DNA of 64,000 nt from NCBI GenBank assembly GCA_949290645.1, contig CASESG010000007.1, forward strand, positions 8,103 through 72,102, given 5' to 3'. Source of the stretch: an uncultured Bacillota bacterium. GTDB lineage: Bacteria > Bacillota_I > Bacilli_A > RFN20 > CAG-288. Under the pieces are notes generated by a model. The model saw only the letters and a list, made by a program, of their open reading frames with translations, was not told the origin of the DNA and did no database searches. The position numbers were made by a program, and so were the translations under genes. Positions within the stretch are counted from its first letter, which is position 1. Each line of letters begins with the position of its first letter. Shown here in pieces: positions 34,901 through 45,333 of the stretch.

Positions 34901-37381
34901 TCAGTTGATCTTGGCGGTCGGGTTGCTTCGGTCGATGCCGTCATCATCGGGAGTGATGTTGGCGTTTTCCGCCGGGTTGTACTTGACGGGTTCGACCTTC
35001 TTGACCTGGCCTTGACTGGGAGTCGGGGCCTGGGCGTTGGGGTTCTTGCGGAAGGTGACGTGGAGCAGGGTACGGACGACGTCGGTGGCGATGTTCTCGT
35101 TCATCTTCTCGAACATCTCGAAGCCTTCGTTGGTGTAGGCCTGGAGAGGATCGGTCTGGGCATAGGAGCGGAGCCAGATGGCATCGCGGAGCTTGGACAT
35201 CTGATCGATGTGCTTCGTCCAGCGACGGTCGATGCAGTCGAGGGTGACGGTCTTCTCGGCAAAGTTGCGCATGTCCTCGGTCCAATCCTTGCTGTGGGCG
35301 GAGTAGATTTTCTGCAGCTGGGCCGAGAGCAATTCGACGCAGTCGGCATAGCTGATCTGATGGAAGGCCTGGATGGGGATCCACTCGGCCGGGATGGAGA
35401 GCAGTTTGCTGGCGCTTTGGGCCAGTTTCTTGCCATCGATGATCTTCTCCTGATCCTTGAGGAAGGAGGCGCTTTCGGAGATGGCCTTGCTGACGAGGTC
35501 GAAGTAGGAAGGGATGGTCTCGCTGACGGACTTGGAGAAGAGGATCTGGTCTCGCCTCGCATACATGATCTTTCTCTGGCGGGAGAGGACGTCGTCGTAG
35601 TTGAGCAGCTGCTTACGGGTGTCGAAGTTGTGTCCTTCGACTCTCTTCTGGGCCTGGGTGATGGCGTTAGACATCATCTTGGACTGGAAGGAGTCGTCTC
35701 CGAGCTTCTCGTAGAGGGTTTTGTAGGAAGTCGGGGCGAAGCGGATGAAGATCTCGTCTTCCATGGAGACATAGAACTTGGAATAGCCAGGGTCTCCCTG
35801 ACGTCCGGAACGTCCCTTGAGCTGATTGTCGATACGGCGGGATTCGTTTCTCTCGGTCGCGAGGACGGCCAAGCCACCCAGTTCCTTGACGCCTTCGCCG
35901 AGCTTGATGTCGGTACCACGGCCGGCCATGTTGGTCGCGATGGTGACGGCGCCCTTCTGTCCGGCCTGGGCGATGATGAGAGCTTCCCGGGCATGGTTCT
36001 TGGCGTTGAGGACTTCGTGCGGGATGTTGGCTTCGTTGAGGAGCTTGTCCACGATCTCGGACTTCTCGACAGAGGGAGTGCCGATCAGGATCGGCTGTCC
36101 CTTGGCGTGTCTGGTCTTGACGTCTTCGATCAAGGCCGCATACTTGGCGCGGGCGTTGCCGAAGATGGAATCCGCATCGTCCTTGCGGATGACCGGACGG
36201 TTGGTCGGGATGGTGACGACACGCATGTTGTAGACCTTGCGGAACTCTTCCTCTTCGGTCTTGGCCGTACCGGTCATGCCAGAGAGCTTGTCGTAGAGAC
36301 GGAAGAAGTTCTGATAGGTGATGGTCGCCAAGGTGACGGTCTCGGGCTTGATGGTGACGTGCTCTTTGGCCTGGAGGGCCTGCTGGAGTCCGTCGGAGTA
36401 TTCACGGCCCTTCATGACGCGGCCGGTGAAGGCATCGATCAGGAGGATCTCGTCGTCCTGGACCATGTATTCGGTGTCTCTCTTCATGATGTAGTTGGCC
36501 TTGAGGGCTTGCTGGATGCGGTGGGCGAGGTCCGACCACTGGGCATCGTAGAGGTTGTCGATGGAGAAGGCCTTCTGGATGAGCTCGACTCCATGGTCGG
36601 TCAGCGAGCAGGTCTTCTTCTCGATGTCGATGGTGTAGTCCCTGTCCTTGCGAAGACCCTTGACGGCTCGGTCGGCCGTGACATAGGAGGAGGCCGTGAT
36701 GCCCGAGCCGCCGGAGATGATCAAAGGAGTTCTCGATTCGTCGATCAGGATGGAGTCCGCCTCGTCGATGATGGCGAAGTGGAGCCCGCGGAGGACGCGG
36801 TTCTGGACGGACTTGGCCATGTTGTCACGCAGATAGTCGAAGCCGAGCTCGGAGTTGGTGGAATAGGTGATGTCGCACTTGAAGGCCTCCTGCTTCTCCT
36901 TGGCGTTCTTCTCGCGGAGGTTGCAGCCGACCGTCAGGCCGAGGAAGCGGTAGATGTTTCCCATCCACTCGGCGTCACGGCTGGCGAGGTATTCGTTGAC
37001 GGTGACGACATGGACGCCCTTTCCCTCAAGGGCATTGAGGTAGACGGCCATGGTGGCGGTCAAGGTCTTTCCTTCGCCGGTCTTCATCTCGGCCACGTCG
37101 CCTTCGTTGAGGACGGTGGCGCCGAAGACCTGGACCGGATAGGGGAACTGATGAAGGACTCTCTTGGCGGCTTCCCTGGCGGTGGCGAAGGCCTCCGGAA
37201 GGATGTCGTCGACCGTCTCGCCCTCGAGAAGTCTCTTCTTCAGCTTGGGCGTCATGGCCTTGAGGTCGTCATCCGAAAACTTGCTGTATTCGTCTTCGAA
37301 CTGGAAGACTCTCTTGGCTTTGCGTTCGATCTTCTTGAAAGCACGTGCATCGATTCGAAACAGTTTGTCGAGAAAGCTCAT
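34901..37381 (-). CDS. secA: Preprotein translocase ATPase SecA
   Basis: MSFLDKLF...AEMKTGEGKTLTATMAVYLNAL...DEADSILIDESRTPLIISG...TNMAGRGTDIKLG. AAGGAG lies 6 nt upstream of ATG 37381. There is no C-terminal Zn-finger motif. Confidence 0.95.
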   Translation of the reverse strand: MSFLDKLFRIDARAFKKIERKAKRVFQFEDEYSKFSDDDLKAMTPKLKKRLLEGETVDDILPEAFATAREAAKRVLHQFPYPVQVFGATVLNEGDVAEMKTGEGKTLTATMAVYLNALEGKGVHVVTVNEYLASRDAEWMGNIYRFLGLTVGCNLREKNAKEKQEAFKCDITYSTNSELGFDYLRDNMAKSVQNRVLRGLHFAIIDEADSILIDESRTPLIISGGSGITASSYVTADRAVKGLRKDRDYTIDIEKKTCSLTDHGVELIQKAFSIDNLYDAQWSDLAHRIQQALKANYIMKRDTEYMVQDDEILLIDAFTGRVMKGREYSDGLQQALQAKEHVTIKPETVTLATITYQNFFRLYDKLSGMTGTAKTEEEEFRKVYNMRVVTIPTNRPVIRKDDADSIFGNARAKYAALIEDVKTRHAKGQPILIGTPSVEKSEIVDKLLNEANIPHEVLNAKNHAREALIIAQAGQKGAVTIATNMAGRGTDIKLGEGVKELGGLAVLATERNESRRIDNQLKGRSGRQGDPGYSKFYVSMEDEIFIRFAPTSYKTLYEKLGDDSFQSKMMSNAITQAQKRVEGHNFDTRKQLLNYDDVLSRQRKIMYARRDQILFSKSVSETIPSYFDLVSKAISESASFLKDQEKIIDGKKLAQSASKLLSIPAEWIPIQAFHQISYADCVELLSAQLQKIYSAHSKDWTEDMRNFAEKTVTLDCIDRRWTKHIDQMSKLRDAIWLRSYAQTDPLQAYTNEGFEMFEKMNENIATDVVRTLLHVTFRKNPNAQAPTPSQGQVKKVEPVKYNPAENANITPDDDGIDRSNPTAKIN

Positions 37382-37585
37382 TGCATACTCCTTTCCAGCC
37401 ATATCCTAAGGGCGAGCAATTCTATTGAATAAAAGGCACACAGCTTTATAAATATATATCATCGTATCTTTGCTTTCAAAGAGAACTTTGTCACAGCATT
37501 TCTTCCTTGCTCTTTCTTTTTATCGCCGAAAAAACATACAATATTTATCCGAGGAGCCCAATCGGCTCTCCTTTGAGGTAAACGA

Positions 37586-38422
37586 ATGAAATACAAGATC
37601 ATTTGCGACAGCTCTGCCAACCTTCTGAAGGGAAACTTTCCCGAGGATGATATCGTCTCCTTCGGCAATGTCCCGCTGACCCTCTTCGTGGGCGACAAGG
37701 CCTATCGGGATGACGGGACAGCCAACATTCCGGAGATGATGGAAGACATCAAGAAACCGGGCATCAAGGCGACTTCCTCCTGCCCTTCCCCCAACGACTA
37801 TCTCACCGAGATGATGGGAGCGGACTACTACATCCTCATCACCATCTCGAGCAAGCTTTCCGGATCGTACAACTCGGCCTGTCTGGCCAAGGAGAACTGC
37901 GAGCATCCGGAGAACGTCTTCGTCCTGGACTCCCTCCTGACGGCCGGAGCGATGGAGCTGATGGCCTTGGAGGCCAAACGGCTCATCCATCAGGGACTTT
38001 CCTTTGGCGAGATCGAGAAGGGACTTCTGAGCTATCGAAAGAAAGTCGATCTCCTCTTCGTCCTGGACAAGTTTGACAATCTCATCAAAATGGGCCGTGT
38101 CAGCAAGTTGGTCGGATTCATCGCCGAGAAGTTCCGCATCAAGCCCCTCTGCTGCGGCGAGGAAGGCGAGATCAAGATCAAGGAGAAGGTGCGGACGATC
38201 CAGGGCGTTCTCAAGCGCCTTGTCATCAACATCGGAAACCTCTGCCCGATCCAGAAGGGCAAGATATGCATCATCAGCCACACGCTGGCCAAGGAGTGCG
38301 CCGAGTCTCTCAAGAAGGAGATCACGAGCAAGTACAACTTCGACAAGGTTACAATTCGTGAGAACAATGCTCTGTGTTCTTTCTATGCGATGGACGGCGG
38401 ATTGATTGCCTGCTTTGGCTAA
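37586..38422 (+). CDS. DegV-family fatty-acid-binding protein
   Basis: MKYKIICDSSANL, TSSCPSPNDYL and ITISSKLSGSYNSA. Confidence 0.85.
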   Translation: MKYKIICDSSANLLKGNFPEDDIVSFGNVPLTLFVGDKAYRDDGTANIPEMMEDIKKPGIKATSSCPSPNDYLTEMMGADYYILITISSKLSGSYNSACLAKENCEHPENVFVLDSLLTAGAMELMALEAKRLIHQGLSFGEIEKGLLSYRKKVDLLFVLDKFDNLIKMGRVSKLVGFIAEKFRIKPLCCGEEGEIKIKEKVRTIQGVLKRLVINIGNLCPIQKGKICIISHTLAKECAESLKKEITSKYNFDKVTIRENNALCSFYAMDGGLIACFG

Positions 38423-38466
38423 AGACAATCAGAACATTATGATAAAAATTGTTTAAGGAGCTCGGG

Positions 38467-40113
38467 ATGGAACAGGATCGTTTGAGACGATATGGCGTCT
38501 ATCAGATCTATCCGATTTCCTTCTGCGATTCCGATGGCGACGGAAAGGGAGACCTGAAGGGAATCCTCTCCAAATTGGACTACCTTTCCTCTCTTGGAAT
38601 CCACAATCTCTGGCTCTCTCCAATCTATGTCTCGCCGATGCGGGACATGGGCTATGATATCGCGGATTACTATGCCATCAATCCGATTTTCGGAACGATG
38701 GAGGATTTCGCCACCCTTGTCAAGGAAGCCGAGAAGAGAGACATCAAGATCATCATGGACCTGGTGGTCAATCACACTTCCAGCGACCACCCCTGGTTTC
38801 AGGAAGCCCTCAAAGCTCCCGATTCCAAGTATCGCGACTACTACATCTTCCGCAAGGGAGAGAACGGAAAGAGACCCAACAACTGGACGAGCTCTTTTGG
38901 CGGTTCCGCCTGGGAAGAAGTCGAGGGAGAGAAGGGAACCTACTATCTCCATCTCTACGGAAAGGAACAGCCGGATCTCAACTGGCACAACGAGGAAGTC
39001 TATCAGGAGGTCAAGAAGATCCTGAACTTCTGGATGGACAAGGGGGTCTACGGCTTTCGCTGCGATGTCATCTCGGAGATCTACAAGACGAGCTTCGAGG
39101 ATGGGAAGAAAAGAAAGATCTCCGAGCCGGTCGGGGCGGAGCACTTCATTGCCCAGAAAGGCTGCCATCAGATTCTCAAGAGATTGCGCAAGGAAGTCAT
39201 CCAACCGCGCCACGGTGTCCTGATTGGCGAGCTATATGGTGTCGATGATAAACAGGCCCAGGAATTCCTCGACGGAGAACTGGACACGCTCTTCGGCTTC
39301 GAAATCACGCACACGAAGTCCCTTCTCCGCCAGAGGATACGTCCCAAGGATTTCAAGAACGTCCTTGTCAAATGGCAGGAGAATGTCTCCTGCAACGGCA
39401 ACTATCTGGAGAATCATGACCAGCACCGCTCGGTAGGGAAATATGTGAAAAGAGGAAGAGACGAAATCGCCGGAGCGAAGATGCTTCTGACTCTGCTCTG
39501 CGCTTTGAAAGGCGTTCCGTTCTTCTATCAAGGACAGGAGTTGGCTCTTGTCGACTACAATCATCTCTCCGAAGAGGAAAGCCATGATATTGTGAGGAAG
39601 TTCTTGGAGGAGTTGCTGAAGAAATACGCCGTTCCTCCTTTCCTTCGCCACTTCATCGCCCGCAAGTTCGGCCGCGATGATGCCAGAGGCCCGATGCCTT
39701 TCTCGAGCATCGATGGCTTTGGCTTTACCCTTCCTGGCCGAAAGCCGTGGCAGAAGTTCTATGACGTCTCCAAGGAACGCAATGTCGAAAGGGGAGAGAA
39801 AGATCCTTCCTCGGTCCTCTCCTATTTCCGAAAGGCCTTGTCCCTGCGTCAGAGCGATGATGTCCTCTCCTTCGGAGAGATTTCTTTCCTTCCTTCCGAC
39901 AGGGAGGTCCTCCTCTTCTTGAGGACGTATCAAGGAAAGAGGAGAGTGGCTCTCTTCAACCTTTCGGACAAGAGAAAGGAAGTGCCTTCTTTTCCCGAGG
40001 GGAAGAAGGATCTTCTTCTCTCCAACGTCTATCCAAGAAAAAAGGAGGATTCTCTCCTCCCCTACGAAAGTCGAATCTATCGAATCGACGAACCTTTTTC
40101 GAAAAACGGATGA
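38467..40113 (+). CDS. GH13 alpha-glucosidase (oligo-1,6-glucosidase / trehalose-6-phosphate hydrolase-like)
   Basis: GH13 conserved regions DLVVNHTS, GFRCDVISEI, IGELY and LENHDQHR. N-terminal YQIYPISFCDSDGDGKGDLKGI. Start at MEQDRL (AAGGAG 6 nt upstream). Confidence 0.88.
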   Translation: MEQDRLRRYGVYQIYPISFCDSDGDGKGDLKGILSKLDYLSSLGIHNLWLSPIYVSPMRDMGYDIADYYAINPIFGTMEDFATLVKEAEKRDIKIIMDLVVNHTSSDHPWFQEALKAPDSKYRDYYIFRKGENGKRPNNWTSSFGGSAWEEVEGEKGTYYLHLYGKEQPDLNWHNEEVYQEVKKILNFWMDKGVYGFRCDVISEIYKTSFEDGKKRKISEPVGAEHFIAQKGCHQILKRLRKEVIQPRHGVLIGELYGVDDKQAQEFLDGELDTLFGFEITHTKSLLRQRIRPKDFKNVLVKWQENVSCNGNYLENHDQHRSVGKYVKRGRDEIAGAKMLLTLLCALKGVPFFYQGQELALVDYNHLSEEESHDIVRKFLEELLKKYAVPPFLRHFIARKFGRDDARGPMPFSSIDGFGFTLPGRKPWQKFYDVSKERNVERGEKDPSSVLSYFRKALSLRQSDDVLSFGEISFLPSDREVLLFLRTYQGKRRVALFNLSDKRKEVPSFPEGKKDLLLSNVYPRKKEDSLLPYESRIYRIDEPFSKNG

Positions 40114-40127
40114 AGGACAGGAGAGAG

Positions 40128-40655
40128 TCACTTTTCTTCCGTCTTTTCTTTCTTGGCGAAGAGCAGGTCTTTTTTGTCGTGGAAGTTGACGTGGATGGCT
40201 AAGGCCAAGAAGAAGAGAAGGGCATCCAAAGGAGTGAGCAGAGAGCCGCAGCTTGCGATTTGTATGTTGCTTTCGAGGGTGGCGAAAAGGACAACCCTCG
40301 TGATGTCGAAGGCAAGCTTGAGGAAGAGCAGGACAAAGAGGGAGAGAGGAACCCTTGTCAGGGTCTTTTCCGGCAGGAAAAGGGCGATGAGGGAGAGAAG
40401 GAAGAGCACAGAAGAGAGAATGAGGATTAGGATGGTCATGGCCGAGCAGTAGTAGAGAGCATCTCCTTGTGCTTGGAAGAAGGAGAGGAGCTGATAGCCG
40501 TTGATGGTCCCGCTCTGTCCCAAAATTTCGGTCTTGAGGAAGGGAGCAATCTCATAGAGGAAGAAGAAGAGGGAGGAGAGGATGCCGATATGGAAGAGGA
40601 CTCTTCTCTTCTCCCTGAGGGAGAGGAGAGTCTTTTGCACTTTCTCTTTCATCAT
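40128..40655 (-). CDS. Small integral membrane protein, unknown function
   Basis: About four hydrophobic helices and Lys-rich termini. The start overlaps the stop of the upstream hypothetical gene (ATGA). Confidence 0.55.
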   Translation of the reverse strand: MMKEKVQKTLLSLREKRRVLFHIGILSSLFFFLYEIAPFLKTEILGQSGTINGYQLLSFFQAQGDALYYCSAMTILILILSSVLFLLSLIALFLPEKTLTRVPLSLFVLLFLKLAFDITRVVLFATLESNIQIASCGSLLTPLDALLFFLALAIHVNFHDKKDLLFAKKEKTEEK

Positions 40656-41296
40656 CGGATGTGGACAAGGCGCAGGGCCTTGCCCGTTCCTTTCTCGAGA
40701 ATTCCCAATTTCTCGACGTGCTTCTCGATGACTGTCCTCTCGACATAGTTGATCTTGCTGGCGAGGGAATAGTCTTCGATGCTCCCTGTGTCGAAGAAGA
40801 CCACGGCGATGTCAAAGCGCAGGGCCTTGTCGTTGAGATGCCTCTCGTTTCTCAGAAACTGGACGAACATCAGCTTCTCGACGAGGCTGTGGAAATGAGA
40901 GACGAGATAAGGAAAAAGGGAGGAAGGGATGTTCTCGAGCGCACTCTCCTTTTGGATCCAGTCCTCATACTGCTGGATGGTCAGGGAAGAGAGGGTCTTC
41001 CTCGGAAGGGTCGTGTCCAGGACGTCGAGGAACACGACGTTTCCTCCGATGTGGAGGACGGCATCGAAATCCAGCTCTCTCTGGTGGGCATAGGGAAAGA
41101 GCCTCTCGTAGTCGCTCTTGATGTCGATGGTTTCGCTCTCTTTCAGAGAGAGGTCATCGAGGAAGGCGAAGATTCCCTTTTCCTTTTCATAATAGAGGAC
41201 TTTCTCCGGAGACTGGATACGCAGGACATCCTTGATTCCGAGGCGAAGTCTCTCCTTTTCGCTTTCGTTCATGGAATGATTCTTTCCTTTCATCAT
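40652..41296 (-). CDS. Hypothetical cytoplasmic protein, no family recognised
   Basis: Sense-like composition, and the opposite-strand ORF 40661..41395 is D/E/G/V-rich shadow. The start is ambiguous (ATG 41296, or ATG 41272 with AAAGGAAAG upstream). Confidence 0.5.
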   Translation of the reverse strand: MMKGKNHSMNESEKERLRLGIKDVLRIQSPEKVLYYEKEKGIFAFLDDLSLKESETIDIKSDYERLFPYAHQRELDFDAVLHIGGNVVFLDVLDTTLPRKTLSSLTIQQYEDWIQKESALENIPSSLFPYLVSHFHSLVEKLMFVQFLRNERHLNDKALRFDIAVVFFDTGSIEDYSLASKINYVERTVIEKHVEKLGILEKGTGKALRLVHIR

Positions 41297-41336
41297 TATT
41301 TTAGCGAAAAAACAGGGAAGTGGAAGCTTTCCTTTC

Positions 41337-41378
41337 TTTACAATCCCTTTACAAAGTTTAACAAGTTCAAGGTATATC
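41337..41378 (+). promoter_or_regulatory. PhoP/PhoB-type Pho-box array and -10 element upstream of pstS
   Basis: Three direct repeats TTTACA (41337), TTTACA (41348) and TTAACA (41358) at 10-11-bp spacing, followed by TATATC at 41373. Confidence 0.7.
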
Positions 41379-41438
41379 GCCCTCGTGCCAAGTGATTAGA
41401 GTAGGGATGTTCGGAAAGAACGAAAAGAGGTAACGAAA

Positions 41439-42491
41439 ATGAGAAAGTCGCTTTTGTCCTGCTCCATCGTCCTTGCTTCCCTTGGCCTTCTGGCTGGTTG
41501 TTCTGAGCCTAGTAGCAGCGTCAGCTCTTCCACAAGCAGCGGATCTGCGGAAAAGGTTGACCTGACGGGCGAGACCCTTCGTTTCGTCGGGTCCACTTCT
41601 GTCGAGAACATGTCCAAGAGACTTTCCACGGCTTGGCAGAACACCTTCGACTCCAGCAACAAGCCGGGTGTCGATCACAACCACACTGGTTCGGGTGATG
41701 CCTACACCAAGGTCAAGGACGGCACGGGCGACATCGGTTTGGCTTCCCGTGAGTTCAAGGACACTGAGAAGGGAGAAGGCTTTGCGGACGACAAGATCTG
41801 CCGCGATGGCATCGCGGTCATCGTCAACGCCGAGAACCCGCTTGCGAACATCACCATCCAGCAGCTCCGCGACATCTATGTCAGCGCCACGGCGATTGCC
41901 GATGGGGAGACTTCGGTCGCCAATTTCGGCACGGACTATTCTGCGGAGGATCCCATCGTCGACTGGAATGCCTTCGGCGATTCCTTTACAGGCAAGATCA
42001 ATCCGTACACTCGTGACACCACTTCCGGAACGAGAGACGGCTTCTGCACCAAGATCGGCATCGAGAACGCCAAGACCAAGGATGACTTGCTCTCCGCCAA
42101 TGTCAGCCAGGTTGCCAGCAACGGCGATATGATTGCCAAGGTCGAGAACGACAAGTACGGAATCGGCTATTGCTCCTTGGAGGGACTGGAAAGCCATCCG
42201 AAGGTCAAGGCCATCAAGGTCGAAAACGTCGAGGCCACGGCCGACACGATCCGCAAGGATGAATATCCTCTCCAGAGAAACTTCAACTACATGTACCCGA
42301 CCGCCGCGAACGGACGTTCGGACATCAAGATGGCTCTCATCGATTCCTTCATCGCCTATATGGGCTCGGCCGAAGGCCAGGGAATCGTCACTGGCGAAGG
42401 CGGAATCCTGGATGCGACGACCGCTCTTCCGGAACACTATGCGGACATCGTCGCCAAAGCGGATTGGGCTGTCACGCTTGGACTTCGTTAA
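41439..42491 (+). CDS. pstS: Phosphate ABC transporter substrate-binding lipoprotein
   Basis: Lipobox LGLLAGC, then GSTSVENM, GSGDAYTKVKDGTGDIG, TTSGTRDGF and YPLQRNFNYMY. Confidence 0.9.
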   Translation: MRKSLLSCSIVLASLGLLAGCSEPSSSVSSSTSSGSAEKVDLTGETLRFVGSTSVENMSKRLSTAWQNTFDSSNKPGVDHNHTGSGDAYTKVKDGTGDIGLASREFKDTEKGEGFADDKICRDGIAVIVNAENPLANITIQQLRDIYVSATAIADGETSVANFGTDYSAEDPIVDWNAFGDSFTGKINPYTRDTTSGTRDGFCTKIGIENAKTKDDLLSANVSQVASNGDMIAKVENDKYGIGYCSLEGLESHPKVKAIKVENVEATADTIRKDEYPLQRNFNYMYPTAANGRSDIKMALIDSFIAYMGSAEGQGIVTGEGGILDATTALPEHYADIVAKADWAVTLGLR

Positions 42492-42518
42492 TCATTAACT
42501 GTTTGGGAAAGGTCGAAA

Positions 42519-42545
42519 GGGAACGGATTTGTGCCGTTCCCTTTT
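42519..42545 (+). terminator. Intra-operon hairpin/attenuator after pstS
   Basis: GGGAACGG atttgtg CCGTTCCC followed by TTTT. Confidence 0.65.
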
Positions 42546-42566
42546 CGCCGATATAAGGGGGAAGAA

Positions 42567-43658
42567 ATGGAAAAGGCCACCGATCGAAAACAAGAACAGT
42601 CGATTTTCCAAAATGATGCGCTCTGCCATCGGGCGGAAAGGAAGAAGAAGTCGGATGCCGTCGTGAAGGGAATCTTCATGGCCATTGCGATCGTCTGCGC
42701 CAGCATCATCGTCTTTGTCGTCGTCTTCGTCTTCATCAAGGGAATTTCCTCTTTCGTGACGACCTATACCGAAGAAGGAGGAATCACAGGCAAGCAGAAT
42801 TTCTGGACCTTCTTGTCGCACACGACCTGGAACGGCGGAGCCTTCAACTTCGGCGGCGGATATTTGATCGTCAACACCATCTTCTTGACCCTGCTCTCCC
42901 TGATTCTCTCCATCCCCCTCTCGATTTTGACTTCCCTGTTGATCACGAGAATCGCTCCCAAGGCTGTCTCGGCCGTCTTGCAAGCCGGGGTCGAGCTTCT
43001 GGCTGCGGTCCCTTCGGTCATCTATGGTCTCTTCGGTGTCGGCTTCATCAATCCCTTGGTCAACGGCATGGCGGAAGCGATGGGAATGACGACCAAAGGC
43101 GGAAACTCCGTGCTTTCGGCGATTGTTGTCCTGGCGTTGATGTCGGTTCCGACGATGACGATGATGGCAACGACAGCGATGAAGGCCGTGAGCAAGAATT
43201 TGATCAATGCTTCGATTGCTCTTGGGGCCAGTCCAACGCAGACCAATTTCAAGATCGTGCTCAAAGATGCGCAATCTGGTATCTTCGCTGGCATCATCCT
43301 TGGCATCGGTCGTGCCCTGGGTGAGGCGACGGCCGTCCAGATGGTCATCGGAAATGCGCCCTCGGGCATCCACTTCGGTCTCTTCGAATCTTCCTCGACA
43401 TTGACGACACAGATGCTGATGGGAATCGGAGAGGCGACTCCGGGAACGCTTGGCTATGACATCCGCTTTTCGGCCGGTCTCTTCCTGATCCTTCTGATCC
43501 TGGTTGTGGATCTGACCTTGAACCACATCAAGAACTGGATGTATGCCACAAAGACCGGACAGAAGATGAAGCCGTCCCTCTTGAAGATGTTCTTCACTCG
43601 CTATCTCCCGATGCTCTCCAGAAAGCTCGTTTCCCCGAAGGAGGAATCCCATGACTGA
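42567..43658 (+). CDS. pstC: Phosphate ABC transporter permease PstC
   Basis: Permease with EAA-like loop (ASIALGASPTQTNFKIVLKDAQSGIFAGIILGIGRALGEATAV). Start at MEKATD (AAGGGGGAAG upstream). Confidence 0.88.
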   Translation: MEKATDRKQEQSIFQNDALCHRAERKKKSDAVVKGIFMAIAIVCASIIVFVVVFVFIKGISSFVTTYTEEGGITGKQNFWTFLSHTTWNGGAFNFGGGYLIVNTIFLTLLSLILSIPLSILTSLLITRIAPKAVSAVLQAGVELLAAVPSVIYGLFGVGFINPLVNGMAEAMGMTTKGGNSVLSAIVVLALMSVPTMTMMATTAMKAVSKNLINASIALGASPTQTNFKIVLKDAQSGIFAGIILGIGRALGEATAVQMVIGNAPSGIHFGLFESSSTLTTQMLMGIGEATPGTLGYDIRFSAGLFLILLILVVDLTLNHIKNWMYATKTGQKMKPSLLKMFFTRYLPMLSRKLVSPKEESHD

Positions 43659-45333
43659 CTATCAACGATATCTCGATCCCTTCCTCGAGGAAGGACTCTC
43701 TCCAAAGAAGGCGAAGAGTGCGCTTCGCAAGGAGGTGCGTCGGCTGTTCCGTGGCGATTCTACCCTGTTCGATAAGTATGAAGTCCAGGACGAGCGGGAG
43801 GCGATGAGAAAGGCGGACAAGATTCTGGCCTGGCTTAGTGGCGATGCCCTGACCTTGGCGGAGACGGATTATACGGATGTCTCTTTGGATTCTCTTTCCG
43901 ACACGCACGAGGATGGTTTCGAATACACGGCACAAGAGAAGAAGGAGAGCCTGGACAAGATCTTCCGCGAGAAGAGAAAGAAGAGAAAGATCCGCATCCT
44001 GACGGATGGGATCAAGAACTTCCTGACTTATTTCTTCTCCCTGATCTCGGTCGTGGTCCTGGTCGGGATTGTCTATTACTGCGTCTCGACCGGAGGCTCG
44101 ACTTTCTCGCTCGACTTCATCGCCGGCGATGATGTTCCGACCCAGGTCTCGGCCAAGATGGACAACAAGGATGCCATCCCGATCGACCTCTCCTTCGATG
44201 CTCCTTCCGACATGAACGAGAATTGCGCCTTCTCTAAGCGCTGGGGAATTGTCTTTGAGGATACGACGGCGACAGACGGCTCCCATTCCTTGACGATCAC
44301 GTATGTCGATCCTCAGTCTCCATTCCACAAGATGAGGGATGGAGAGGGAAATCCCTTGGACTTCACGTCGAATTTCAATGTCACCTATCTTTCGGCCTAT
44401 ACGGACTTCGACGAGGAGCTTGGAGGCATCCAGATTGCGGCCATCAATCCGAAAATCGACCATGCCGAGCAGGCGGCCGAGAAGTTGAATGGCTTCCAGC
44501 TGATCTTCGATGCGGGCTTCGAGCTCGGGGGCGGAGGCATCAAGGGTCCACTGATCGCGACCTTGTGGTTGATTCTCTTCTCCCTTCTCTTCTCTCTCCC
44601 TCTGGGAATCGGAGCGGCGATCTATCTCTCCGTCTATGCGAAGAAGAACCGGGTGACGGAGGTCATCCGCACCCTGATCGACATGATCTCTGGCATTCCT
44701 TCGATCATCTTCGGTCTGGCGGGTGCGATCATCTTCATCCCGATCTTCTCGGGAGGTTCGGGCATCGGTAACATCCTCTCGGGTGCGGCGACTCTGGCCT
44801 GCATGGTGCTTCCGACGATCATCAAGAACACGGAGGAGGCGATACGGGTCATTCCGCCATCGCTCAAGAACGCCTCCTTGGCCCTGGGGGCCAGCCAGAC
44901 GCAGACGGTCTTCAAGGTCATCCTTCCCAATTCGATTCCGGGCATCTTGACGGGTGGCTTGTTGGCCATCGGTCGTATCATCGGAGAATCGGCGGCCTTG
45001 ATCTTTGCCATGGGCACAGGCATCAAGGATGTGGTCACTCCGACCACGGGGAATGTCTCCAGCCTTGCGGTCTACATCTGGAAGGTGGTCTCCGGAGCGG
45101 AGAATCCGAATTACAAGGCGGCTTCGGCGACGGCCATCCTGATCCTGATCGTCGTCTTGATCTTGAACATCACGGTGAAGCTGATCGCTTCCAAGCTGGA
45201 CAAGTTCACTCCCAAGCCTCCGAAGTCCTGGCCCAGAAGGGTCTATGAGAAGTTCGTCAAGAATCACAAGCTGAGGAAGGAAATCGTCTCAGAGAAGAAG
45301 GCTCTGCCACAAGGAGGAACGGCCAATGACTGA
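43651..45333 (+). CDS. pstA: Phosphate ABC transporter permease PstA with ~270-aa N-terminal extension
   Basis: The C-terminal ~290 aa are canonical PstA ([43 protein letters not shown]). The N-terminal part has one TM helix and a large hydrophilic domain. AGGAGG RBS. Confidence 0.88.
   Translation: MTDYQRYLDPFLEEGLSPKKAKSALRKEVRRLFRGDSTLFDKYEVQDEREAMRKADKILAWLSGDALTLAETDYTDVSLDSLSDTHEDGFEYTAQEKKESLDKIFREKRKKRKIRILTDGIKNFLTYFFSLISVVVLVGIVYYCVSTGGSTFSLDFIAGDDVPTQVSAKMDNKDAIPIDLSFDAPSDMNENCAFSKRWGIVFEDTTATDGSHSLTITYVDPQSPFHKMRDGEGNPLDFTSNFNVTYLSAYTDFDEELGGIQIAAINPKIDHAEQAAEKLNGFQLIFDAGFELGGGGIKGPLIATLWLILFSLLFSLPLGIGAAIYLSVYAKKNRVTEVIRTLIDMISGIPSIIFGLAGAIIFIPIFSGGSGIGNILSGAATLACMVLPTIIKNTEEAIRVIPPSLKNASLALGASQTQTVFKVILPNSIPGILTGGLLAIGRIIGESAALIFAMGTGIKDVVTPTTGNVSSLAVYIWKVVSGAENPNYKAASATAILILIVVLILNITVKLIASKLDKFTPKPPKSWPRRVYEKFVKNHKLRKEIVSEKKALPQGGTAND

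Noticed and set aside
34895-37432. 845-aa plus-strand ORF
   Set aside because: Antisense shadow of secA. It has low-complexity G/D/L/V/E composition, and secA motifs are unambiguous on the minus strand.
37441-37475. AT-rich TATAAATATATATCAT resembling the central part of a Firmicutes dif site (XerC is in the window)
   Set aside because: Only about 15 of 28 positions match the Bacillus dif consensus as I remember it, and the outer Xer-binding arms do not match. It lies in a divergent secA/degV promoter region where AT-richness is expected.
41367-45267. Minus-strand ORFs 41367..42437, 42495..43652 and 43594..45267
   Set aside because: Antisense shadows of pstS, pstC and pstA. They are R/D/G/E-rich with no membrane or binding-protein features.
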